From the NCBI RefSeq assembly GCF_009914755.1, contig NC_060927.1: a stretch of DNA of 64,000 bases; one strand, 5' to 3'. The notes under the pieces are model-generated. The model was not told the origin of the DNA. It saw only the letters and a program-made list of their open reading frames with translations, and did no database searches. This DNA is from the human T2T-CHM13v2.0 reference genome, Homo sapiens. Of the stretch, positions 15,390-29,809 are shown piece after piece. The stretch's first letter is position 1. Every line of letters begins with the position of its first letter. The position numbers and the translations under genes were made by a program.

Positions 15390-15500
15390 TTTTTGTTTAT
15401 TTTAAAAATTTTAAAATTTTAAAATTTCTTAGTATAGATGCAGGGGGTACATATGCAGGTTTGTTACATGGATATATTGTGCAATTGTGAGATGGTTTTT
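15390..15500 (-). mobile_element. Short L1PA/L1PB 3' end fragment
   Basis: 'cagggggtacatatgcaggtttgttacatggatatattgtgc' is the antisense L1P 3' terminus. Confidence 0.6.
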
Positions 15501-16242
15501 CCCACCATACTCAGGTATCTACCATAAGGATAGGGACAAAGAAGCAAAAGCAAAGAGGCAAATGTGCAAAAAGAAAGAATATGGACTTCGTCCTTTTAAA
15601 TGAAAACTAGTTTGAAATTTGCTTTACTTTTTTCTTAATTCTTGCTAAGTATGTTTTCTTGCTTAATTCTTGCTAAGTAATTTATTACTTTGATTTTCAT
15701 CAGGGAAGGAGTATGATGATATAATAACTCTGCTTCTCCTATTGGGGCCATTATCACCTTGTCTTTCAAGGAATGACCTTCCTTTAGCTAAAAAGGATGA
15801 AGTGAGGAGGTGGATGAGATCAGATCACTGAGGTCAGCTAAAGAGTTTGGTCCCTACCACTGAGGATTCCTTCCTGTCCCCCAGGGAAGCACATCTGCAC
15901 CCAGCTCTATCCCAGAAAGCACAAGGAGCAAAAGATCAGGCAGGCTAATTAACTAAGGGCTCCACTTCGGCTGTGGAAATCATTAATCATAGAGCTGCCA
16001 CATGGCCACCGGTCTTTTAATGATGATTTTAATTTACATACTAAGCAAACAGTTTAAAGAATGTTGCTTTGGGGAGAATTTGTGAGTCGTGCCTAGGCAG
16101 GTTATTTCAAAGTCAATTAGACTTTAATACTCTTTTTCCAAAAAGTCGTTCTTTCATTTTGACAACTTCATTTTATAAATACCATCACTGGGCTGTCATT
16201 TGCTTGATTCTGGGTAAATTAATTCCAACCAAGCATTTATTA

Positions 16243-16440
<198 letters not shown>

Positions 16441-18309
16441 TAACATAAAATTGTAACAATTGTGAAATAGTCTGGATTTTGGAACTAGGAAGGATTTTAG
16501 ATATTAACTACTCCAAGTGATTTTCAAATAAAATTAAAATCTAGAGATGTTAAGTGAGTTGTCAGAGATCACAGAACATTTGACTAGAGGAGCCAAACTG
16601 TATGATAAGTCTGATGTTTTTCCCTAAAACTATTAATGAAATTAGATATATTAAGATAACACCATGTTTCAAAACAATGGACTGGTTTTCCAGAATCAAT
16701 TAAATCCACATAGTTGAGTGTTCCTGCATTCCAAATTAGACAGCTTGGCTCACAAGTGTTATTGCTGTCAAAAGCCATATTATCTCAAGTTAATTTTCTT
16801 AATTTGAAAAGCAAAATCCATTTACTGTTTTTCATTAAATAATAATACTTGTCTTGAGGTAATGTGGCCAAAAAGTGGCAGTCATGAAAGAAACAGCTTA
16901 ATTGCACTCAGAACAGTATGTAAAAGAAACAATTATATCTCAAAGACTTCACAGTATAATGTATAGGGAATAAAGCTGCCTACTTCAATAATAAGGAACA
17001 AGAGGTTTGAAGTGATTTACAGTTTTACAAGTTATTTCACATCTGGCCTCATATAGTTTTTAAATGACACAGTCAATGATTGTTACTATCTTTTATGACT
17101 TAAGGCACAGAGATGTTAAGTGACTTGTTCAAAGTCACACAGCTGTTTGGTGGCCTGGCCTAGGTTAGATCCTCCTCTCTCGGTTTCCTGGTGCTCAGTT
17201 CAGGCTTTCCTCTACACTACACTAATGGCCCTTCATGGAAGTATGCGTGAAACCATCACTCTGTGTTCTTGCTGGACACTGGCTGACTGACCAGCTGTTC
17301 ACCCAGTAAATGTAAAGGGCCACGCTAAACTCCTCACTTGAGGCCCTATCTCTGGAAGAACTGGGACAGAAAGCATTGCTTCCTACTTCATTACCGTCCT
17401 CTGACTCCAGCATGGATGCTGTGGGTTCTCTGACGTCGTGTACTCCTGCCCTAACCACCACAGGGTCACATCCCCCAAGTGGTACCACGCCCCTCTTTGG
17501 AAAAGACTCTTCCTTCACACTCCGTAGGCAACACCACTATGGGTGAGAAGATGATCACTTAGGATCTGCAGAGACTGGGATAAAACCTTCAAAAAACAGC
17601 CATGCAGCCTTAAGTAATAATACTTGTCTAGAGGTACTGTGGCTTCTGGATTAAAAGATAAGGAGAGAGGAGGGTACAAAATGGAAAGATGCACACAGCC
17701 ATGAAGGCCACAGCTTGAGAAATTCTGGAATGTGAGAGAAGAAAGCTGAGCCAACGATTTTACACTACAGAGGCGGCACACTTCTGTGCCTGAGGACACT
17801 CTCTCATTACACTCCTGTTCAGCATAGCAGGCAAGTGTTAAAAACTTTACTCTTACTCTCCATCCCAAGCACTTGAGAAAAGGGAGCTCATTTTCAATTC
17901 TCTGTAGACTGGTCAATTTCAGCTAATTCTAGGCATCTTCAAACAGTGGCACTTACTCCAATTGCTTCTATTAGGGCTTCTCCATGTTTTACAAACCTGA
18001 TCATACCTAATCTTCTCTCAAACAGGGTTGTTTCATTATAACAAAAAAGAAGGGGGTAATGCACTTGCTTATTCTTTTCGATAATCACTTGTGTTTTCAT
18101 GTAGTTTTGTTCTATCTAGATGATCACACATTCCAGTGTTGTCTTTATAACATTATCAATAACATTCTCTGTCACTCTCAAAATGTCTCTGTTTGTGGCA
18201 ATACATTATTTGGTCACCATAGCCACACTTTGTAAAATGAATTGACAATTTATTTGGATGCATTATATAATTTATATTGGTTTTCTTATGCCACACCTTC
18301 AACCCCCAA

Positions 18310-19040
18310 AAAACATTTATTGAGTACTTGCTACATTCAAAACATTACTGTAGAAGCTGTGAGGAATGCTAAGGTGGAAACATGGTTTCTATTGCCCAGA
18401 AACTCATTATCCTGATGAAAATATAGATAACAAAAAATACTGCTATAAGAGATACAAGTTATAAAAGAGGTTTCAATATTCTGTGGGACAATGAAGAAGA
18501 AAACTGATCCTTGGAATTGGGGAGTTTTGAAGAAGGATAAGACTTGAGCAAGCATTTCAGACAGAGAGAGTAAAGAATAATAACACTAACAGCAAACACA
18601 ATAGCAGTTATAATTTATTAATACCTACTATGTTGTAGAGACAGTGCAAGATGCCTTAGAGATATTTTTAATCATATGCAATTTAATCACATCAATCTTT
18701 ATTTCTAATAAGTCTAGGACAGATAATTGATATTAGAATCCAAGAAAAGCATATAACTAGGAAGGCTGGATGATGTCTCGCTAAGGAGACCTTGAAAATC
18801 CAGGTAAGTAGTTGATATTTCAACCTATAGGCAGCAGAAGCCATCTCTGGTTTTCACTTGAGATGGGAATGTGATCAGATGGTAGCAGTGGAAGGATGGT
18901 GAGAGGAGAAAGAGGTAGGGGGCTTGTTAGGAAGCCATGGTAACGGTGCAGATATAATGAATGATCAAAGTAGATGCAGGACAATGGAAGCTGGGGGACA
19001 AATTTGAGATCATTAGCAGGGTAATATTAATGTGATTTTT
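18310..19040 (-). mobile_element. L2 fragments
   Basis: 'aacatttattgagtacttgctac', 'ctataggcagcagaagccatc', 'gtgatcagat'. Confidence 0.5.
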
Positions 19041-21879
19041 CAATTTGATAAGATATAAGATTTTCTTGTCTTATAAACTCTAAATTTCTAATTTTTAGGA
19101 TAAACTAATATTGTCTACAAAGGGATGGGATGTTGTATGTGAGATTAACCTGCATTTTTCTCCTTTCCTCCTCCATTACTGCTTAGCCCATTGTGTGTTA
19201 AATTACCTTAAACTCATTAGAAAGTTTCAGGAACTTTCTAGAAAAAGAACAGTTACAATTTGTTAATTTATCTCTTGTTTTTTAAAAAATTATTTTTAAG
19301 CTTTGTAGAGTGTCATGTAAATGAAATTGAAGAACAAGCTGTCAAAAATGGATTTGCTCACTAGGAAATTTTAAAAATAAAATAAATATTAAGAAAAGAG
19401 AATCTGGCTCAAGAGTCAATCTGTGCATGCTACAGTGATATTACTGATCATCATCAGTAGAAAATTCATTTTGAAATATTTTTCTAGTTATAGTATTGGC
19501 TTGTGATAACTCCTCGAAATTCTTTTCACTTGTTCCTTGTTTAGGATACAATGTTGTCAAACTCAGAGATCAGACTCCTAACTTCAGTCTCATTAGCAAT
19601 ATCTACAAATCAACAAAAACTGTAGGCTCAGGTAAAGTAAGCACAAGAATAATAAAATGTGAGCAATATTAATTGTCTTATAATTAGGATGTCATTTATT
19701 GCATTAATGCTGAAAGAGAAACTTTATTCTAAGAGTTGGTCTCTAGTTTAAGCTAACTGTGGAACTTCCCAAAAGGTATATTCTGTTTTAAAATTATCAA
19801 GTATACATTTGAAGGTGACATCCAAGTTCATGCCAGTAGTACAGTCACTCATATTCTATGCTTTCAGAAAAGAAGTTACAACTTAGTACAAAGTGTTCTT
19901 GAAGAATGTCTCCAATTTCCTATATTAGCTGCAAACAAGATTCTAAGCGCTAATAATTTATGATGAGCTCCTGTGAATTATGAGTTTGTCTCAGATTGAA
20001 AATAGATTCCTAAATCATTTCATTTAAAAGTAGATATTTCCTACCACACTGTATCAAAATGTATTATCTGTCACTTTGAGGATCATTTAACATTTTCTAT
20101 AAAGTTCACACTAATTGGACCATTTCTGTAACATTGTTCACCTAGAAATGCCCACATGAGGACCTTTTCTATACTTTCTCTTTCAGTCATGGCTAATGCT
20201 TCTCTCGTAATCCTGTTGTCTCTATTCTTCACCAAAAGTAATAAAATACTAAGTCTGTAGTGAAAAGAAAATGACTTGGCTGTCTAGAATACATTTGACT
20301 AATATATCTGAGGAACAAAAATTTCAGAGAAGCCTTTATTCTCATAAAATTGTTTTTCCTGTTTGTCTTTACAATTAACATCAATGGCAAAAAGGAGATA
20401 ATTCATTTAAATTATATAATATTTTATGCTTTACAAACAGAAAAACCTCTAAGGGAAATATTATTGTTATACCTTTTTAAACATGAGAAAACTGAGGCTC
20501 GGGAAGAGAATGATCATATAAGCAGCAGGTGGTGGGGCCAGAATTTGCACATTGGTCTGATTCCATATCTAGCTTGACACAATATCCCAAGTATAATGTT
20601 TGTGTCAATACCAAGAAACAACAGGAGATTTATATATAAGCTACAGGAATTTTCTACCAAATGAACATTATACAAAAAGAGGAAGAATTCTTACTTTGCT
20701 AGTGACTGCTGACTGTTCCCATAATGTATAGGCAGCCCTGGTACTTAGCACAGATATTGAGGTCTTCACCTTGGCAGGGCCAGAGCTCTTACACATCAGC
20801 AGAGGAATAGTTGGGAAAAGGGTGGCAGAACTCGGCCAAGTGGGGGTAGCTCATTTATAAAGGTTTTAGAGCAGAGGTTCATGTTACAGTATTTAGTGAA
20901 ATGGTATACACAGAGTCCATCTTCTCCCCAGAGTTCCCATGCTATCTAGGAATCTGAGTAATGTCATGTTCAAGTACTGACTATCACACCTACCTCAGAA
21001 CCTCTGCTCCCCTCCAGCTTCCAGAGTCCAGTCTCAGAAAAGCAAACCATATTCAAATTCTCTTTTATTTGGATGGGATATCCACACTTTCCTGGCAATT
21101 TGAATTCCATTGAGTCACCTATTCTGGAAGGCATGATGTAAATTCCCCATTTTCTTACATCAGTCAGCTAATGGAAGTATACAGACAAGAGGGGTACCGT
21201 TCAGCTAGCTCAACCCACCAGCCATATCTCATTTCTAGCTTTGGCTTAACCAGACACCCTTGACATTTAGAGGCAGCAATAACAAATAATACTAAATGAA
21301 GGATCTGATACAGAGGACAGTTTATATACTGTTTTTAAAATTTGTACAGGATTCATAAATTTGCTTTGGAATTTGTGCCCAGATTTAAGTGATTAAGTTT
21401 ATGTAGAGCAGGTTTGGATATATTTGACTCAAAAAATATGTGTGAAAGTCAAATATTCGCCTTTCACAAATTTATAGGTAAAATATGGCAAAGAAACATA
21501 CACCCTACCTTTAAAAAAGAAACCCACAAAAAACAATTCTGTCTACTTTCCTAAGAGCAATTCAAGACCATGGATAGGATTTTATATTTCTTATTGTCTT
21601 CAGCCCAGCTCATCTAATTCTTAAGACATAATCGGTGTTCAATACACATTTCTTGTATAAATGAATTCTTTTTTTCTTATTACAGGCATCTTCATGTTTT
21701 CAAAGTTACTGATTTGCTGACATAGGGAAAGCTAAAGTACTATAGACATTTTAATGTATTTCCTTATCTCAAATTAATTTAACATAACTTAGACTCTTGG
21801 ATATAAAGGCCTTTTGAGATTGGAGTCTATGATTGACAATGATGTTACTTTCTGACAGTGTATATTTGTAGCCTAATTC

Positions 21880-22305
21880 TATTGCAAATTGGGGCGGGGA
21901 GGGGTAGAAATATTTAACTATTTAATAGAAATTGATGTTTCCTCTTTCTTAGTGGGAGAGTCATGGCTGGAAAGAAGCTGCCCAGCTGGTGGTTACTCTA
22001 CCTACCCTTTGCATGTAGGTTGGACCATACAAAAAGATATTGCCAATGGAAAGGCAGAAGAAGTATTGTGACTCACTTCCATGCAAGGCTGTCAAGAAGG
22101 AAATGTGCCTTCTGCACTGGAGACTGGAGAGGATGGCAGACCCGAATAATGGAACAACCTGGAGTCCTGGAATCATCTTTTGGAAGAAGGCTGCCCTCCA
22201 GCCAGGGACATATACAATACAGGAGCATAGGATAACCTTGTATTGTGATAAGTTACTGAAATTTTGGAATTTATTTGTTCAACAGCTAAAGTTACCTAAC
22301 TACGT
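21880..22305 (+). mobile_element. MLT1J-like MaLR LTR
   Basis: 'tgccaatggaaaggcagaagaagta...cctggagtcctggaatcatc...ttgtattgtgataagttactgaaattttggaatttatttgtt'. Confidence 0.55.
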
Positions 22306-24999
22306 ATACATTTGTAAACATGTAACCAATAATTGGGGAGAAAAGACCATGCAACCATTTCAGAAACCCTTGCATGCAGTGCTACAGATATACCAGATAC
22401 AGCAGGGAGAATATATAAACAGGCTGGGAGAACAGGGATGGGAGGAATTGCAAGGTATCTAAAGGAATCTCTCAAAGCTGTGAAAGAACAGAATAAAAAT
22501 AATTTGATTTAAAAATATGTGTGGATTGCTAAGAAAGAACTTTCTCTCTTCATAGAGCTGTACTGTTGGTAAAACATGGTAGTGAGCATAGCATGGCCAT
22601 GGCCACTAAGTTATGTTTTTTCATCAAAGTGTTTAATGTGAGTCTTCAAGGACATTATTTTTTCCCAACAACAAAAAAATACACTTTAATGTTAAGGAAA
22701 TATCAAAAATAAGACTCTCTGAATAATGTTTTTAATCTGATCTTACTTAAACTCAGCTATTCTATAAAGTGAAGATTATTTATTACTCAGCCATATGTTA
22801 ACTGATAATCTGTGTATATGAACTATGGTGTTTAGCTTTATTATTCTTTTGCCCACCAGAAGAAATTCATTTCTAGATTCTTTCCAAAGGATATTTTTGC
22901 CATTATCATTATTATTTTCTTTTGGTTAGGAAAACTTAAGGCCTCTCTTGTGAAACTGTGACACACAGTAATGCAAAGAGACTTCTGTGATGCCACTTCA
23001 AAGACCCAATCATTTCCATGGAGCAAACACCCTCATTTCCACTTGACAGCAGCACTTGCTTATAGTCTTGAAGAAATTCTTCTTCCTAACAACCTTTCTT
23101 ACAATAGAACCATCCTTTCTCTCTGACTGACCTAATACAGTCAGAACTAGTTTGGTGAAAACATATTTTTAAAATTATGGCCACAAATTTCAGTAATAAA
23201 CTGATACTTCTCAGATTTTTGCACAAGTTTAAAAATGTGTATCTTTGATTATTTTGCTTTTCCTCCAGTTATGATAGTTTCCTGGAGTCTAATAAATGTG
23301 GACTTGTGTGCTGAATGTCAGCTCAGTTGTAGAAAGTTGTTGGAAATTCATTTCTTAAAACATTATACATTATTTCTCACTTCTAGAATATTGAATGGGC
23401 CTAAATCCTTTTTATTCATCTACTGTTAGCTAGAGGCTAGTAGAGGGTTATATTTCTCAGTTTAAAACAACATACTCAGCACACCAAGTGGAACCAGTGC
23501 TGTTGAATTTGACAAATAGTGCAAATATTTAACTTGGGTGTGCTCATTTTCATTTTTGTTTTGCCATCAACAGCATTTTGTTTTCATTCGATTATTATCA
23601 CATTCACTTTTAATTTCAATCCTGTTGTTATTCAGCTGGAAATTCTGAGATACATTTGCTATATCACCTATGGTTTTTAGAACAGTGCTTAATATACATT
23701 AAATTCCCAATAAATATATTTAACTGTCTTAATTATTAAAATGAAGAAGAATAAAGAAATTAGGGAAATACATTATTTTGTTGCTGTCGACTTAGTTGAA
23801 GATTCTGGATTTTTGTAACAAGCTCAAATCAGGATATACCCTGTGGTGATATGATAAACTCTGTTGGGAGTTGTGCTTATTCCTTTCAGGCCTGCAGGCA
23901 GAAACACCCACACGAAGAGAGCTCAGCACCCAGCTGTCCACGGGATTTCCCTCTCGGCATTGTAGATGCCCTCTTTCTTCTTCCTCTGCATTTCTCCTAC
24001 AACAGTGACTCATTTAGAACTATGTTAAGGGGCACGCCAACCAGACAACTGCCAAGGATATCAGTTGTTAAGGAATGCTAAGGCATCAACAGAGTAAATC
24101 AGGAACAGGTGCCGGTTAACTCAGGTTTCCACCTGCACTCGATGAACAAAATGCAAACTGGTATTGCTCTGCCAAGAGGAAATACAAACAACCCTGCTTG
24201 ACGGTGCCTATCCTGTTGAATACTCTGCCTGAAATCAGCAATTACAGCTGAAATTTCTGAAATGAAAGAATGCATGGCACAAGCCTATTTGAAGTGAATA
24301 CATAGTTTATTATCCAACTGTTCAACCTTTTAGTGGAGTTCACAGAAAGTTTTCTGGTTCAGAAAATTGACAAAAACCAAAACCAACAACAACAACGATG
24401 ACAAAAACAGAAGACAGAAATATTTTTCTTATTTTTCATCTTCAGAAGACTGAATCTGCCTAAGTTGGTAGAAGTGCATTTAGCATGTTACCTCTTTTAG
24501 TGTATGATGTTATTAACAGGAAATCAGTTTCTCCCGTTGTCTCTACTGTTGAATAGATAGTTAAATATTTTTGGTTTGAAGGGGAACAATGTATTAGTAC
24601 GTCTCAGTTTAGTCCTGAACTATTTCTGTCAACTGGATCTCCGTTTTTATGGGAATCACTGCTGTGCAAACCTGACTCACTTTTGTTCTCTGATTCCAGT
24701 CCAAATTCATCTTGCACCTTGAGAATATTCACTCTGGGGACCGGTCTTTATTGCTGTGTGTGCTCTCTGCTTTAACCAACATGAAAAATAAAGAGTACCA
24801 TCCAGGCTGTCATATAAATAATTGATGTCTAGTGGTGGTAACAGGTAGGCTCAGAGGAGAAAATGGTGCCCAGGGGACACAGAAGCCTAAGCCCAGCTGG
24901 TATCAGTGACCTGCAGAGAGGACGACATCCAACATGAGGTAGTGAGGCATCCTCTCGGTTTTCTAGGCAGAGAAGTCCTAAATAGCATATGTGGACATT

Positions 25000-25548
25000 A
25001 TTACTGGGTGTGTGGCTACAAATGAGACTTGATAACAGCACCTTAAATGAAAAATAGTGTATTTTCGTTACATGCCAAGAAATATGGAGCCAGCTAGCTT
25101 CTACACTAGTTAACTACTCAACAACATCACAGACCCAGATTTTCCACCTTTGTGTTCTGCAGTTTTTAGCATTTTGGCTTTCATCCTCATGTCCATAGCT
25201 CATATAGCACTATGGCAGCTGCTGTTTATATTCCAAATTCATGTCGAAGCTAGGAAGAAGTAAGAAATGGGAGGGCTCATAACAGAGTGTATCTCTTTCC
25301 ATCAGCATCAGAAGCCTTCCCAGAACCACTTCAGAGTCAATTGACATTTGGGTCACATGACCACATTTGGGTATTGAAGAGCTAAGACAGCTGGAAACAA
25401 GTCTGCCATAACTGGCATTGACCAATCAACTGCTCATCCCTGTGAATGTGAGAACATTGCCATTCTGAACAAGGTCAGAATTTTGTTAACAAGGGAAAAA
25501 GAAAAGATTGGAGTCAGTAGATAATGAAAAGGACCTGCTATTGCCACA
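25000..25548 (-). mobile_element. MLT1K/L-like MaLR LTR
   Basis: 'ctcaacaacatcacagacccagat...ttctgc...ggtcacatgaccaca...ttgccaca'. Confidence 0.55.
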
Positions 25549-26379
25549 TGTCATTGGGGTGGGAGGTAAGTAGCAAGCAAGAGAGGAAGTAAGCAGTGTC
25601 CATCATCTTGCAGCTGAGAAGACAGTCTCTGAGAACACACATTAAGCATTAATTGGAAGTATTCTAAAGAAAAAACGGACAAGAAGAAAGACTTTTAGAA
25701 GGTGGGTGATCCTCTAATCCTAGAATAATATTGGTCACCAAGACTTTGAATATATTAGTTCTTGACTAATATATAATTCAGGCTATAATAGAGAAGACAG
25801 AAACAAAAACCATTTTACATGAATGTAAGAGAGTAGGCTCTACTTTTATCCATGGCAGGAATAACAGTAACATTTCTTCCTTTCCATCACATTATTGTCC
25901 CCTCTTGAGAATTTTCAGTTTCACTTTGTTTTGAACTTTGAATCCAAAGACTGCTGAGAATTTTAGGATATTGAATAGGATACACATCTGAAGGAGTGGG
26001 CTATTTGGGAATCAATGGAAAGAAAGAGGAGAGATCCATTTATTCTGTTTGTAAATTTGGGATAGGAAATACCAAATTTAGAGGATAAAGAGCATAGCCA
26101 AGTTTTCTTTTTCTTCTAATATCAGAGTCACTACCTATAAATACATTTTTTATAACTTGGAACTGTTGATGAAAAGAATGGATATTTGAGAGTTTGGATA
26201 TTTGTGGGTGAATTCTTTCATAGTTATATGAGGATGTATGTTAATAAAATTAAAAGTTGTTCTGGAATATGAATATTTAATTAGGAATAATTGTACTGAT
26301 CATCAAGGTTTTTGTTTTACTTTTATCTTCTACTGCCTTACTTTTATCTTCTTCTGCAGCAGTTTCTTGCTGCTTTGAG

Positions 26380-26950
26380 GTGTATTAGTAAAGACCCTTT
26401 GTATTGAAAATGACAGAATAATAATTTATATCTTAAGTACAAGAAAAAAAAAAAGGAATTGTAGTGCCCAGTATAAATAGAGTGTCAACAGTTTGGTCCA
26501 GGGTTTATTTTTATCTCTCTGGCTCTCACCTCTCTTTTTCCTGTGTTTTGGCTTAATTTTATCTTCCTTTAGATAGTCACTTCCATGTAGCCGTAGAAGA
26601 TGGCTGTCAGCAGTTCTAGTTTATGGTAGCTATTGATTTGAGAAGAACAGAGTCATACTTTCTCCCAATGTCCCTGTATCACACACATTAACAGGGAAGG
26701 TTCTGATTGGCCTTGTTTGGATTATGAATCCATCACTGAACCAATAAGCAAGGAGACATGCTATTCTTGTTGAATGAATCTGGATACTGAACTCATACCT
26801 GTGGATGAGGGGTGAGGTGGCAGGGTTGAGCCCATCTGATCCATACCGAAAACAAAAACAAAAATTCCCAAAGGGAAAGATACCTGTTAGACAAAAATAA
26901 TAATAATAATAATAATAATCAAAATAATAACAGCAACAAACACATGTCTG
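26380..26950 (-). mobile_element. MLT1K/L-like MaLR LTR with (AAT)n at 26896-26930
   Basis: 'tgtattagt...tgacagaa...agatggctg...ttctgattggccttgtttggattatgaatccatcactgaaccaat'. Confidence 0.55.
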
Positions 26951-27849
26951 CTCATAGGGCAAATTAGTATTTCATGGACTCTAACACTTAAAAATAGGAG
27001 GCATTGTTTATCTTTTGCCAGACTTGAGAATATAATTGTAATCATAATCATACCTAGGAAAACTTAGATAACATAAAACACCCTCACTAATTTGGATCAT
27101 GTTAGTATAATTACAATATCTTCTACTAGCACTGCATGGCACACTGGGCCAGGTATTATATATTTTTCCCCATATAATTCTTAGAGTAATTACATTTTTC
27201 ACATGAAGAAGTTAGGGTTATAGAGGTTAAGTTGCTTAAAGCCACACAGCTAACTAATCGTAGAATTCTACTTTAAAGGCCGTTTCATTATACAAAAATT
27301 CATTATTATTTACTGGTTGGAATCTGTTTATGTTATCTGAGATAACCAAAAGATTCTGAAATTGAACTACTGTTTTCAAGGATATAAGCTAACAACTAGA
27401 AAAATGTTACTTAGCAGAAGCCTTTGGCTTCCCTCTTTATTCTACAAATTTTATTTTATATTTTATAAATTTAATATATAAGAATATTTTTTCCCTAAAC
27501 TAATAGGAAAAATATTCATCTTCTGAATAATTTAAATGTTCTCACGTACAATACAAAATTAAAAGGTATCATCTTTGAAAACATATTTGCTAAACTTAAG
27601 ATCAGTCCTTAACTACATTTTCACAAATTTGAAATTTGTTGAAAGCAAATTAATGTTCTTTTTCTCTATTAAAAAGGCTTAAAAAAATTCAGTTTCTTTC
27701 TCTATTAGCATGTGTACAGAGAAGTGTTAGTAGAATGCTGGGGGGAGATATTTGAAAAGATCCAAAATAAACTTATAAATTAGTTATAAAGAGCTCAGCA
27801 TTAATCCGTAAGATATTTTGTTTCTTTCAGAGTACATTTTTTAGGTCAT

Positions 27850-28230
27850 CATTCATCAATCAGTAAACATATTTTGTGTGCTAGTCAAATATGTTGGGCA
27901 TTGGTATAGGAGCTGCTAACCCAAGTAAAAATATGGGATTCCTGACTTCAAGGAACTGAGGGTCTAGTATGGGGGACAGGTGAATAGGCACATAACTAAA
28001 CAGTGTGAGGAGTGTCAGGCAGCATACACACAGTGAGCTCTGGAAATCCATAGAAATGTCTTCAGAGACAACTTAGGGGATCAGGGTTGGGTTGGAAAAG
28101 TAATGAAGAAAGCTTCTGGGAGGCTCCGTGCCTGAAGTGGATTGTGAAAGATAAATATAGGGAACGGATGATGAGAGGAGAGGGATGTGAAAAGGTTCAA
28201 AGCAGAAGAGGCAGTGTGTACTAGGTCACC
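27850..28230 (-). mobile_element. L2 3' fragment
   Basis: 'cattcatcaatcagtaaacatatt...cctgacttcaaggaactgagggtctagt...gaaagcttctgggagg'. Confidence 0.55.
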
Positions 28231-29809
28231 ATCACCTATAAGAGTGACAGAAGAAGGGGTAGGGTGGAAGAGGTATTTAGATGTCTAAAAATAGTTTAGT
28301 ATAATTAAAGGTAGAATGTGGTAAGAAGAGAAGTGGGGAGTGATGGAAAAAGAAGCATTTGTGCCCCATCCCACCACTACTAATAGACAGCATTTTTGAG
28401 CCTCACTTGCCTTTAAGTAGAGAGATTCTGCCATCCCAAGAAGCAGTGACAGAACAACATGTGATCCAAGAGGCAGGGACCCAAAGGCAGACAAAGGCCA
28501 TAAAAGGAAGATACTAGCTGATGCCAGGAGGTGCCAAAGGTTGTAAGTGGGAACAGGAAATGACTGAAAACTGGGGGAAGAAAGTTATGTTAATGGCCAC
28601 ACAGGAAACAGTGGCCAAGCATTCTGACCAAGAGTACCAGATAGTTGCTTGACCAGTCTTTCCTTTGGAGGCCGATAGACTCATAAAGGTTTTTCCACCA
28701 GATAAAAGACACAGAAGACATATTACCATTTGGCTGCCAATGTGGAGAATGACTGCCAACTAAGGCCAGACAGGATTATAGGACCACACTTCCTGAAAGA
28801 GGAACAGTATTCTGTATAAGGCCAGGGGCAGGGAAAAGCAGAGCTATTTTAGACTCATTGGCCTTCTCCTTTCTGACAAGAAATAGTGCTAGTGCCCCTA
28901 GAAGACTATTAATAACAATCTCTAATGATGAAGAAAAAACACAGAATCACACATTTTCCTGCTGTACTTAGGGAAGCACAATGCTAATACCCTCTTAATA
29001 GAAATAGAACTCAGAAATGCAAAGTACTTTCTTGTTTATGGGAGATTGAGGAAGAGAATCACATTTCTTTAACATTATGGTCATGTTTAAAATGACTATA
29101 TTAAATGTTAAGAGAATTTTATTGATATAGAAATGTCTAACATGTAAAGAAAAATTATGTGGGGGAAAGTATCTGACAATGAGTATTTCCAGACGTGTTC
29201 CAAGACACTGTTCTCCTCATGTGACTTGCTCCAGAAACATATTTAAGCCCAGCCACAGGAAATTACAACCACTCCCTCCCTGTTGGATTGGCCCAAATCT
29301 CCTTCTAGTTCTTCCTGATATTCAATTCAGGCTCACCTTTCTCTGAAAACACAAGTGGATGTGCTCACCTGACACCCCTTCTTACAAGTGGTTTTGGTAC
29401 TTGGAGCCTGTCTCACATACCCCACTGCTGGCAATAGAATGAGAGATGACTTTGCTATGGGAGTTATTCTTCATAGGCATAACCCCTTGCTCTTTCTCTC
29501 CTTCCTTATGAGACAAATTAGATGATCAGGTATGGACTGAAGATGTCTGATTTCTCCCTGATGCCAGTTGAGAGGTGGCATTGATAGACCAAATGGCTAC
29601 AGAGAATCTCTGATTCTCAAACAGATTGAGTTCAAACGAAACATTCTTTAAAGAAACAAATCAATCTGAGTTTATGCAGACCCAAGGGTCCTAGCATCTG
29701 CAAAAGCACCTTGCCCACGTTAATCTCCAATTGGTTACAAACAATAAAAAAGCAAGTAAACTTTCTGAGGAAAAAAAATAAGCTATTCAATACTCCCTTT
29801 CAAAGTACA

